DNA of 32,507 bases from IMG/VR virus record IMGVR_UViG_3300005764_000053, positions 1 to 32,507 of that record; one strand, written 5' to 3'. Source of the DNA: a virus. Taxonomy: Duplodnaviria; Caudoviricetes. Positions 25,259-32,507 of the stretch are shown here, one piece after another. Each line of letters starts with the position of its first letter. Position 1 is the first letter of the stretch. A program made the translations under genes and the position numbers. The notes below the pieces were generated by a model. That model saw only the letters and a program-made list of their open reading frames with translations, was not told the origin of the DNA and made no database searches.

Positions 25259-25935
25259 TGTCTGCGATGTCTGTTCCGATCATCCCCGCGAGCCCCGTCG
25301 ATCTCGCGTCGTTGCCGCTCCGCATGCGGAAGCTCCCGCTCGATGCTCGCGGGTATCCCGTGCCCTGGTTCGTCGCCTGGGTGGAGGGCGTGCCCGAGTT
25401 CCGCATCATGGACGTCGCCAAGTGGGTCCTGGCCGTCAAGGAGCGCCGGTGTTGGGTCTGCGGCGAGTCGCTCGGCCGCTGGCTGGCGTTTCCGATCGGC
25501 CCGATGTGCGCGATCACGCGCACGACGTCGGAGCCGCCCTCGCATCGGGAATGCGCGCTCTGGTCGCTCGCGAACTGTCCCTTCCTCTCGAATCCGCAGA
25601 TGGTCCGTCGCTCCGAGCATCTGCCACCCGAGGCCGAGCGCCCCGCCGGGCTGCCGATCATGCGGAACCCGGGCGTGGTGTGTTTGTGGATCACGCGGGA
25701 GTACGAGACCTGGCCGACTGAGGATCAGCGCCGCCTCATCACCGTGGGCGTGCCGTCCGAGGTTACCTGGTGGCGCGAGGGCCGGCGCGCGACGCGGGCC
25801 GAGGTCCAGGAATCGATCGACACCGGCATGCCGGCGCTGCTCGAGACGGCGAAGTTGCAGGGTCCGTTCGCGGTCGAGGCCCTGGCGAAGCAAGTCGGCC
25901 GCCTCAGCGTGCTGCTCCCGCCCGAGGCGCCGTGA
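25258..25935 (+). CDS. Phage protein with Cys/His metal-binding motifs
   Basis: RGYPVPWFV, CWVCG, GPMC, EPPSH.ECA and CPFL motifs; TAATG coupling. Confidence 0.85.
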   Translation: MSAMSVPIIPASPVDLASLPLRMRKLPLDARGYPVPWFVAWVEGVPEFRIMDVAKWVLAVKERRCWVCGESLGRWLAFPIGPMCAITRTTSEPPSHRECALWSLANCPFLSNPQMVRRSEHLPPEAERPAGLPIMRNPGVVCLWITREYETWPTEDQRRLITVGVPSEVTWWREGRRATRAEVQESIDTGMPALLETAKLQGPFAVEALAKQVGRLSVLLPPEAP

Positions 25936-26165
25936 CCGTCCCGACCCGCACGACGATCGCCGCCGCCGATCTCACGCTTGAGATCCGGCACCTGGTCGCC
26001 CGCTATCCGCCGATGCTCCGCGGCTCCGCGCTGGCGTACGAGCTCGCCGCCGCGGTCGCCGCCGCCGCCCGGACGCCCGAGGAGGCCGACGATCTCTTGA
26101 ACGACCTGGTGCGCTTGATGCGCCAGCAGCTGCTCAAGCTCGGGGTGGGCCACGAGCATCCCTGA
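25932..26165 (+). CDS. Hypothetical helical protein
   Basis: GTGA overlap with the upstream stop. Confidence 0.65.
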   Translation: MTVPTRTTIAAADLTLEIRHLVARYPPMLRGSALAYELAAAVAAAARTPEEADDLLNDLVRLMRQQLLKLGVGHEHP

Positions 26166-26394
26166 TCCCCGCGTCGCCGCGCTGCCGCTCTGGGTCGTCT
26201 ACGACCGGCCCCGCGATTTTCCCCACCATTGTGTCGTCCGCGTCCAGTGGGCCACCGACCCACCGCAGGCCGCGCCCGTCGGGTGCTTGTACGACACCGT
26301 CACCGAGGCGATGCAGGCCTGCGAGGCCCTCGGGATGACGTGGATCGGCCGCTACGATGATGACGACGCGCCGATCGTCGGCGTGTGGGTCTGA
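26152..26394 (+). CDS. Hypothetical phage protein lacking a canonical start (ACG candidate)
   Basis: LPLWVVYDRPRDFP...R.DDDDAPIVGVWV*; fills the operon gap, with no in-frame ATG/GTG/TTG before the putative N-terminal motif. Confidence 0.6.
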   Translation, partial: TSIPDPRVAALPLWVVYDRPRDFPHHCVVRVQWATDPPQAAPVGCLYDTVTEAMQACEALGMTWIGRYDDDDAPIVGVWV

Positions 26395-26398
26395 CGGG

Positions 26399-26746
26399 AT
26401 GCTCGCCAAGTACATTCTCGATGACGAGGGGCAGCCGGTCCGGTGCGACGACCTCTTGATCTGGGCGGCCTGGTTCGAGAACTCGGCCCATGACCGCTCG
26501 CGGGTGATCAAACAGGATTACGCCGAAGAATCGGATCGCGTCGGCGTCTCGACGGTGTTCCTCGGCCTCGATCATGCGTTTGGCGGCGGGCCACCCGTGC
26601 TCTGGGAATCGATGGTATTTGGCACGTCGCTCGATGGCACCACCGCCCGCTACACGAGTCGCGCCGACGCGCTGCGCGGGCACGATGCGATGCTCGCCCG
26701 CGTGCGCGCGGTGTATGACGAGGAGCGCGGGTCGTCGCTAGGCTAG
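26399..26746 (+). CDS. Hypothetical phage protein
   Basis: VSTVFLGLDH.F..GPP.LWESMVFG...RY....A..GH motif. Confidence 0.8.
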   Translation: MLAKYILDDEGQPVRCDDLLIWAAWFENSAHDRSRVIKQDYAEESDRVGVSTVFLGLDHAFGGGPPVLWESMVFGTSLDGTTARYTSRADALRGHDAMLARVRAVYDEERGSSLG

Positions 26747-27016
26747 ATGCACGTTCGGGCCGATGTGCTCGCGGCACCATTCTTCGTAGCGCCCGACCTC
26801 GCGTTCCATCTCGTCGGTGACCGCCTGCAGATATTCGGCCTCGGTGATGAGGCCCTTCGCGATCAGCAGCCCGGCGAGCGCGGCGCTGTCGCACATCGCC
26901 GAGTTTACGCCGACCCGCAGGTGTTTCGGCTGCGTCTCGGACGGGTCGTGCTGCATTTTGATCGCGACGCCCGTTTGCATCGCGTGCCCGAGGGCGAGGT
27001 ATTTGTCGCGGTTCAT
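26738..27016 (-). CDS. Hypothetical phage protein downstream of terL
   Basis: ATG 27016 with GGAGG SD; HAMQTGVA, PKHLRVGVNSAM and LLIAKGLITE.EY. Confidence 0.8.
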   Translation of the reverse strand: MNRDKYLALGHAMQTGVAIKMQHDPSETQPKHLRVGVNSAMCDSAALAGLLIAKGLITEAEYLQAVTDEMEREVGRYEEWCREHIGPNVHLA

Positions 27017-27030
27017 CGGCTGGTCCTCCG

Positions 27031-28902
27031 TTAGCGGCGCGGCGGCGTCGACGTCGGCGTCGACCCGCTCGGGCCGAACACCATGATCTGATACTGCTTG
27101 GGCGGCGGCGGCTCCATCAGCACGAGCATCCGGGTCGCCATGATCATCGCCACCGCGCCGTCGATCCGCTTTGCATGGTTGCGCGGTTTGACGGGTTTGA
27201 TCCGTCCGGCGTCGTCGCGCTTCACCGCGACGTTTTCCCAATTCCATCGCAGCGTGCGGTGGCCGTCGTGGTGCACGCGCTTGCCCTTGATGAGCGCCTC
27301 GAGGATGAGCGCCGGCTCGCTCATGTGGGTGTAGGCCTGGAGCACTTCCTCGACGGTGAACCCGCCGCGGTCGCGCAGGTTGGTCGCAATGTCGGTCGCG
27401 AACGCCGGGTCGAACCCGATCCGGCCCTGTTTCAACTTCGGGAACCGGGCGGCGATCTCCGTCGTGATGTCGTGATAGATCCGGGTGTAGTCGATCGTCG
27501 GGCCCTCGGTGACGCGCACCAGGCGGCTCTCCCGCCAGATCGTGTACGGCACGCCGTCCTCATGTTCGTGCTGCAGCATCGAGGCCTCGGGAATCCAGAA
27601 GAACGGGACCGCGATGAGCTCGTAATTCAGCTCGAGGCGCCGCGTCACCGCCTGCCCGGGGACGTCCTCGGTCGTGATCTCGAGCGCGGTCGCTGCGACG
27701 CCGGCGCCGAGCGGGCGGCGGAAGAGCACGACGAACGCGGCGAGATCCCATTTCTGCGCGAGGTCGAGGCCGCCGGCGCACTCGAGGCCCGCGAGCTCGG
27801 CGTCCGTGATCGGCCGCTTGCAGGCATCCCACCATTCGATCGGAATCCAGGCCGAGGCCTGCGACGTCCACTTGTTCAAGTGAAACCGGAGGAAGTCGTT
27901 TCGTTTGCGCGGCTCCGCCTGGGCCGCGATGCACTCCGTCACGATCGCCGCGTGCTTGACCGTGATGCCGTGGCCCGGGTTGACGCGGCGCCAGACGTCG
28001 GGGTCGATCCAGTCCTCGCCTTCCTGAATCTCGAAAATCACCGGCAGCACCGTGTCGTCGACGACCTGGCCGGCGAGCACGCGTTTCGCGTAGTCGTATT
28101 CCTCGCCGCAGATCCCCTCGTCGTCGGTGCCGGCATGGGTGATGATCACGATCAGCGGCTGCCGCCGTTTGACCATCGATTTGGTGACCGCCTCGAACAG
28201 GTCGCGGTTCCGGACCGCGTGCAGCTCGTCGAAGATCGCGCCGTGCGGGCGGATGCCGTGCTTCGTGCCGGCGTCGGCCGAGAGCACCTGATAGCTCGCG
28301 CGCAGGTCCTGGCAGACGATCGAGTCGCGCGTGATCTCGCACCGTTTGAGCAGCTCGAGCGACCCCTCGACCATCACCTTGGCGTTGCTGTGGACGACGC
28401 GCGCCTGGTTGCGGTCGGCCGCGAGCGCGTAGACCTCGGCGGCCGCTTCGTAGTCGCAGAGCATCAGGTACAGCCCGGTGCCGGCCGCCCAGGGCGATTT
28501 CCCGGCGCCCTTGGGGACGAACGCAAACAGCTTCCGGAACCGGCGCAGGCCGGCCTGCTCGCCGGTGGCGTGGAGCCACCCGAAGATCGGCCGCGTCAGG
28601 AGCAGCGCCTGCCAGTCCATCAGCACGAAGGGTTGCCCGACCCACTCGCCGATGTGATGCGTCAGGAACTCGGGAAAGAAATCGCACGCGCGGTCGGCCT
28701 CGCGCTGGCTGAAGTAGTAGCGCCCATCGGGCGATTCCCACCGCCGGCGCGCCGGCACCCAGACGGCGGGGATCTCGATCGTCACGCCGGGCCAGATCGC
28801 GGTCGGCGGTGGGCCCGCGCCCCACCAGCCCCGCGGCCGCGGCGGGCCCGGCGGCGGTTTATTCCGGCGGCCGCGGACCGAAGAAGCGGGCGGTGCGGGC
28901 AT
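27031..28902 (-). CDS. terL: Terminase large subunit
   Basis: Walker A VPKGAGKS, Walker B IFDELH, nuclease GGLDLA...DL and RIDGAVA motifs. Confidence 0.97.
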   Translation of the reverse strand: MPAPPASSVRGRRNKPPPGPPRPRGWWGAGPPPTAIWPGVTIEIPAVWVPARRRWESPDGRYYFSQREADRACDFFPEFLTHHIGEWVGQPFVLMDWQALLLTRPIFGWLHATGEQAGLRRFRKLFAFVPKGAGKSPWAAGTGLYLMLCDYEAAAEVYALAADRNQARVVHSNAKVMVEGSLELLKRCEITRDSIVCQDLRASYQVLSADAGTKHGIRPHGAIFDELHAVRNRDLFEAVTKSMVKRRQPLIVIITHAGTDDEGICGEEYDYAKRVLAGQVVDDTVLPVIFEIQEGEDWIDPDVWRRVNPGHGITVKHAAIVTECIAAQAEPRKRNDFLRFHLNKWTSQASAWIPIEWWDACKRPITDAELAGLECAGGLDLAQKWDLAAFVVLFRRPLGAGVAATALEITTEDVPGQAVTRRLELNYELIAVPFFWIPEASMLQHEHEDGVPYTIWRESRLVRVTEGPTIDYTRIYHDITTEIAARFPKLKQGRIGFDPAFATDIATNLRDRGGFTVEEVLQAYTHMSEPALILEALIKGKRVHHDGHRTLRWNWENVAVKRDDAGRIKPVKPRNHAKRIDGAVAMIMATRMLVLMEPPPPKQYQIMVFGPSGSTPTSTPPRR

Positions 28903-29332
28903 CAGGCGTCGGCGCCTTCGCCGAGACGACGCGGCTGCGCGCGCTCGGCGTCATCCCGAATTCGGCGAGCATCTTTTGGCACTGGGCCATCGCTTTGTTC
29001 GCGATCGTCAGGTAGGGCGAGACCATCGGGTAGCCGCTCGGGCCCTGCAGGATGAGCCCGAGCTCGTCGACCTTTTGTTCGGCGGCTTTCCACCGCGCGT
29101 ACGCGCAGCAGTAGGTCGTGAGCGCGTCCTCGTCGGCCTGGCTCAGGAGGCCGGGCCGCTGCAGGATCGGCGCGACGCGGCGCCATTCGCGTTTGGCGCT
29201 CGCGGGCAACCAGCTCGGTGGCGGGCCGCTCGCCGGCGGCGGTTTCGGTTCGTCCGGGTTGATCCGCCGCTTGCCTGGGTTCCCCCGCAGCAGTTTCAGC
29301 TCGGTCGGCACCGGCTTGCGGCCTCGGGCCAT
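28859..29332 (-). CDS. terS: Terminase small subunit (P27-like)
   Basis: GRKPVPTELK.L.GNPGKR, AKREWRR and EFGMTPSARSR motifs. Confidence 0.95.
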   Translation of the reverse strand: MARGRKPVPTELKLLRGNPGKRRINPDEPKPPPASGPPPSWLPASAKREWRRVAPILQRPGLLSQADEDALTTYCCAYARWKAAEQKVDELGLILQGPSGYPMVSPYLTIANKAMAQCQKMLAEFGMTPSARSRVVSAKAPTPDARTARFFGPRPPE

Positions 29333-29341
29333 ACGAGCATC

Positions 29342-30643
29342 TTAGGCGCGGCGCCGTGGTCGTCCCTTCGCCGGCGCCGCGGCGCCCTCGACCTTGACCG
29401 CTTTTTTCCCGGTGAACGCTTCCCATCGATCGATGATCACCTGGCAGTACTCGGGTTCGATCTCGAGGCCGTAGCAGCGGCGCGCGAGCGTTTCGGCCGC
29501 GATGAAGCTGGTGCCGCTCCCCAGGAACGGATCGTAGACCTCTGGCGCCAGGTGGTTCCGCATCGCCCGCGCCATGCATTCGACCGGCTTTTGGGTGCCG
29601 TGGCCGTGGCCCTCGTCGTCGCGCGCGGGGATCTCCCAGAGCGTCGACACGACGCCGGCCGAGATCCGCCACAGGGTCGTCTGCTTGCGGTCGGCGGTGC
29701 GCCGGCTCGGTTGCCCTTCGCGGATCGCGTACCAGCAGGCCTCATGTTGCCAGTGGTAATCGCCGCGGCCGAGGACGAGCCGGTCCTTCGCCCAGATGAT
29801 CTGGTTGCGGAGCGTGAACCCGGCGTACTCGAGCGATTCTTCGATGAGCGCGGTTTTCAGGCCCGCGTGCCAGACGTAGGCGATGCCGCCCGGGAAGCGC
29901 TCCCAGGCCGCGCGCCAGTCGGCGCGGTGATCGTTGGTGACGGTCCCGAGCTTCTGGCTTTTGGCGCCCTTGAGGCCGGCCTTCACGCGCCACGCCGGAT
30001 CGTAGGAGACGCCGTAGGGCGGGTCGGTCACCATCAGCGCCGGCTGGCCGCCGGCGAGCACGCGGGCGACGTCCTCGGTCATCGTGGCGTCGCCGCACAG
30101 CAGCCGATGCGCGCCGAGCGTGAAGAGATCGCCGGCTTGAATGCTGGTGCGCCGGCGCGCCGGCACATCGTCCGGATCGGTTTTCCCTTTTTTCGGGACG
30201 ACGGCCGCGGCCTGCATCGCTTGGATCTCGGTGGCGTTGAAGAACGGCGAGAGGTCGAGGCCATTGAGACTGTCGTCGCGCAGCTGCTCGAGGTTCCACT
30301 CCGAGAGTTCCGCGGCGCGGTTGTCGGAGATCGCCAGGTCGCGCTTTTGTTCCTCGCTCAGGCCGCGGCGCCGGACGGCGATGATCTCGCTCCCGTCCGC
30401 GTCGACGATCCGCACCTTCGAGATGCCGGCATCGGGCGCGGCGTCGACGACCCCATTGCCCGCGATGATCTGATTGTCCTCGTCGATCACGATCGACCGC
30501 GCCGAGCCGTGCAGCTTGAGCGAGCGCGTGATCAACTCGCGGCTGCGATCGGTGCGCCGGCGGCGATTCTTCGGGTCGCGCGTGAGCTGCTCGATTTTGA
30601 CGACGTCCTCGAGCGTGCGCGCCGGCGTCCTGGGGCCTGCCAT
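29342..30643 (-). CDS. ParB-like domain plus beta-class N6-adenine/N4-cytosine DNA methyltransferase (own start at 30643)
   Basis: DP.N.R, IVIDE...IIAGNG and DNR.AELSEWN in the ParB-like part; TDPPY precedes HGTQKPV and DPFLGSGT; AAAGGG upstream of the ATG. Confidence 0.9.
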   Translation of the reverse strand: MAGPRTPARTLEDVVKIEQLTRDPKNRRRRTDRSRELITRSLKLHGSARSIVIDEDNQIIAGNGVVDAAPDAGISKVRIVDADGSEIIAVRRRGLSEEQKRDLAISDNRAAELSEWNLEQLRDDSLNGLDLSPFFNATEIQAMQAAAVVPKKGKTDPDDVPARRRTSIQAGDLFTLGAHRLLCGDATMTEDVARVLAGGQPALMVTDPPYGVSYDPAWRVKAGLKGAKSQKLGTVTNDHRADWRAAWERFPGGIAYVWHAGLKTALIEESLEYAGFTLRNQIIWAKDRLVLGRGDYHWQHEACWYAIREGQPSRRTADRKQTTLWRISAGVVSTLWEIPARDDEGHGHGTQKPVECMARAMRNHLAPEVYDPFLGSGTSFIAAETLARRCYGLEIEPEYCQVIIDRWEAFTGKKAVKVEGAAAPAKGRPRRRA

Positions 30644-31159
30644 CGGAATCCCTTTCGTCCCTATCGTGACCGCTTCAGAACCCCGGAACAACCCCCTGGT
30701 GGGGCCGGAAACGACCCCCGATCCCCCTGGCGCGAATTTCGCGGCAATGCGCGCCGACCCGCAGGCCCGGTTTCCCGGCGCCTCGATCACGATCATTTCA
30801 GCGCCCCCCCACCCCGCTGTCCCCCGCCCGCGGCCCCGGGCCGCCTCGGCCTCGCCCTTCGCCCGGTTGCAGACGTCGCAGAGACCTTGGGTGTTGCTCT
30901 CGACCTCGAGGCCGCCTTCGGCCAGCGGCACGACGTGGTCACGGATGGTCGCGAGCCGGCCGCAGCCGGTCGCACAGAAGGGTTGGCGGGCGAACAACCG
31001 CTGGCGGGCGGCCTGCAGGGCCCGACCTCGGAGGCGAGGGGCGGGGGCCCGCTCCCCCCATGTCGGCCGCAGCCGGTGTGCGGCGCAGTGGGGGCTGTCG
31101 GCGACGGCGAACGACCGGCAGCCGCTCCGCACGCACCGACGAGGCAGGGCATCAGGCAT
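29342..31159 (-). CDS. HNH endonuclease (terminase-associated) reading in frame into the methyltransferase (605 aa)
   Basis: C...GC..HC..H, FC..GC, DHVVPL.EGG....NTQGLC..CN..K; no stop before the methyltransferase. Confidence 0.75.
   Translation of the reverse strand: MPDALPRRCVRSGCRSFAVADSPHCAAHRLRPTWGERAPAPRLRGRALQAARQRLFARQPFCATGCGRLATIRDHVVPLAEGGLEVESNTQGLCDVCNRAKGEAEAARGRGRGTAGWGGAEMIVIEAPGNRACGSARIAAKFAPGGSGVVSGPTRGLFRGSEAVTIGTKGIPMAGPRTPARTLEDVVKIEQLTRDPKNRRRRTDRSRELITRSLKLHGSARSIVIDEDNQIIAGNGVVDAAPDAGISKVRIVDADGSEIIAVRRRGLSEEQKRDLAISDNRAAELSEWNLEQLRDDSLNGLDLSPFFNATEIQAMQAAAVVPKKGKTDPDDVPARRRTSIQAGDLFTLGAHRLLCGDATMTEDVARVLAGGQPALMVTDPPYGVSYDPAWRVKAGLKGAKSQKLGTVTNDHRADWRAAWERFPGGIAYVWHAGLKTALIEESLEYAGFTLRNQIIWAKDRLVLGRGDYHWQHEACWYAIREGQPSRRTADRKQTTLWRISAGVVSTLWEIPARDDEGHGHGTQKPVECMARAMRNHLAPEVYDPFLGSGTSFIAAETLARRCYGLEIEPEYCQVIIDRWEAFTGKKAVKVEGAAAPAKGRPRRRA
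30720..30815 (-). other. Putative cos/packaging-site region
   Basis: GGGGTGGGGGGG..GAAAT...GGAAACCG...CCGCGAAATT...GGGGG directly after the HNH domain, the usual position of cos in HNH/P27-terS phages. Confidence 0.55.
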
Positions 31160-31162
31160 GGG

Positions 31163-31498
31163 TCAGAGGTCCGTGATCTCGAGGTCGAACGACCGTTCGT
31201 CCTCAGCGCCCGAACTGGTGGCGATATGGTTGGTCACCCGGTAGGTCGCGCGAGGGGTGCCCCCGGACAGGCGGCACTGCGTTTTCTGCTGACCGACCAC
31301 GATGCTGGCGTCATCCAGGTGGAGCGGCGCCCCGTCATCGCCACCAGGTGGGGGGACGACCAGGGCGATCGTCCATTGCGAGTTCACGATCGTTTCGGGC
31401 GGACTGCCGCCGAACTCGGCGAGGTAGTCGGTGTAGTCCAACATGCGTGGGTCGTTTTTCGATTGCGGGTCCTTCGTGCCGAGGAAGAGCACAGCCAT
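31163..31498 (-). CDS. Small fibre-tail adaptor-like virion protein
   Basis: ATG 31498 (TGATG overlap); KDP...LDY.DYL...ETI..S.W...LSGG....YRVTN.I.T..G..DERS pattern. Confidence 0.75.
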   Translation of the reverse strand: MAVLFLGTKDPQSKNDPRMLDYTDYLAEFGGSPPETIVNSQWTIALVVPPPGGDDGAPLHLDDASIVVGQQKTQCRLSGGTPRATYRVTNHIATSSGAEDERSFDLEITDL

Positions 31499-31746
31499 CA
31501 GTGATCTCCGTTCGTGGGTCGCCGGCGCCGCACGCGTACGCGGCCGCGGTGCTCCTGGCTCATCGGCCGACCGCGCCATAGCACCAGCTGCCGGGTCCGT
31601 GGGTTGATGACCCAGGTGCGCGCGACGCCGCGGCGCGGGTCCGCGTAGAAGCAGTCGCGCAGCTCCTGGCCGTTGAGGGTCGCCATCCAGTCCCGCGCGC
31701 GGCGGCGCATTTTCTTCGTCCGGAGATGGTAGACCACCGCGCTCAA
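31498..31746 (-). CDS. Basic hypothetical protein
   Basis: TTG start with GGAGGT SD, overlapping the upstream stop. Confidence 0.6.
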   Translation of the reverse strand: MSAVVYHLRTKKMRRRARDWMATLNGQELRDCFYADPRRGVARTWVINPRTRQLVLWRGRPMSQEHRGRVRVRRRRPTNGDH

Positions 31747-32507
31747 ACCTCCATCGCCGGGACGGGCGGCACGCGCGAGGCACGCCCGATCGGCGGCACC
31801 CGCATCGTCCGTTGGATCGCCGGCACGAGCCAGGCGTGCGCCGGCGTGCCGATCGGCGGGACCGGGGGCACCCAGATCGTGCGGCCGATCGGCGGCACCA
31901 TCCAGGCCTGGGCCGTCCAGGGCGGGCGGATATCGGTGCCGGCGATCTGGCCGCCTTCGGGGACGACGCTGCCGATGCTCCCGGTCGCCCGGACGCCGGC
32001 GAGCGCGACGGCCGGGTGGTCCTCGAGCGCGCCAAGGGCGGTCGTCGCGCCGACGCCGGCCAGCGGGGCGATCGGCCGGACCCGGACCGCCAGCTGGCCG
32101 AGGGCGCTCGAGGCGGGCGTGGCGTGGAGCGTGAGGCGCCTCGAGCTCGCCAGGATGGCGTGCACCGCCCCGGTGGCCTGCCGGCCGGTAATCGCGTGCG
32201 GGTAGGTCGGTTCCGCGTGCCCGACGTGCCCGCTCGCGCTGACGCCGCTCAGGCTGGCGAAGACGTCGCCGCCGATCGTGCTCAGCGGGGTGTGGACGGC
32301 GGCCGTGCTCGAGCTGCCCGTGATCGCCTGCCGGTGCTTGACGCCGACGGTGCCGGCGCTGCCGGTGCCCACCCGGCCGACCAGGGCGTTGGTCCGGGTC
32401 GCGCGCGACAAGGCCCCACTGACCGCGCTGGTGGCCGCCTGGCCGGCGATCGTCCGGCGGGTCGTGGGTCCGATCGACCCGATCGCCGCGGTCCCCACGC
32501 GGCCGCT
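31743..32507 (-). CDS. Ala/Gly/Thr-rich repetitive fibre-like structural protein; partial, starts beyond the window
   Basis: Recurring (I/L)xGxx(A/S)xxxxGx(L/V) units and C-terminal VPPIGR repeats; lies upstream of the adaptor-like gene. Confidence 0.65.
   Translation of the reverse strand, partial: SGRVGTAAIGSIGPTTRRTIAGQAATSAVSGALSRATRTNALVGRVGTGSAGTVGVKHRQAITGSSSTAAVHTPLSTIGGDVFASLSGVSASGHVGHAEPTYPHAITGRQATGAVHAILASSRRLTLHATPASSALGQLAVRVRPIAPLAGVGATTALGALEDHPAVALAGVRATGSIGSVVPEGGQIAGTDIRPPWTAQAWMVPPIGRTIWVPPVPPIGTPAHAWLVPAIQRTMRVPPIGRASRVPPVPAMEV

Larger units (their letters stand above)
1..32507. mobile_element. Tailed bacteriophage (HK97-fold siphovirus-like) genome segment; prophage versus free phage cannot be determined
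   Basis: Terminases, portal, capsid, neck, tail tube, chaperone and tape measure are co-oriented; no host housekeeping genes or att/integrase are seen. Confidence 0.97.

Noticed and set aside
29342-31159. Classical restriction-modification system
   Set aside because: The HNH is of the terminase-associated type and ParB-MTases commonly sit beside terS; packaging context explains both.
1-32507. Apparent abundance of CTCGAG and CGATCG
   Set aside because: Explicable by preferred codon pairs such as CTC-GAG and GCG-ATC; enrichment cannot be shown without a codon-aware count.
1-32507. tRNA, rRNA, integrase/att, reverse transcriptase or DGR elements
   Set aside because: No cloverleaf, recombinase or RT motifs, and no adenine-specific TR/VR pair, were seen by eye.

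Overview
High-GC tailed-phage DNA (HK97-fold, siphovirus-like). No host genes, integrase, repressor, replication or lysis genes are recognisable in the window. The morphogenesis module reads right to left on the minus strand: fibre/adaptor-like genes, an HNH ORF reading through a cos-like region into a ParB-like/beta-class DNA methyltransferase, terS, terL, a ~9.3 kb island of small accessory genes, an RHH protein, a protease-capsid fusion, portal, a collagen-like protein, a head-tail connector, four glycosyltransferase-like genes, neck and tail genes, a tail chaperone with a -1 frameshift, tape measure and beta-helix fibre genes. An outer-membrane beta-barrel gene implies a diderm host. The strongest leads are: (1) two tandem paralogous micropeptides, each behind a covarying pseudoknot/anti-SD RNA switch and followed by a protein with two internal repeats; (2) a probable virion-glycosylation cassette beside the collagen fibre gene; (3) a complete beta-helix gene inserted inside its paralogue, splitting it; (4) an HNH-MTase read-through that depends on a G7 tract; (5) operator-sharing divergent promoters driving a leaderless, secreted His-rich peptide. 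All family calls come from motif recognition by eye, not from database searches.
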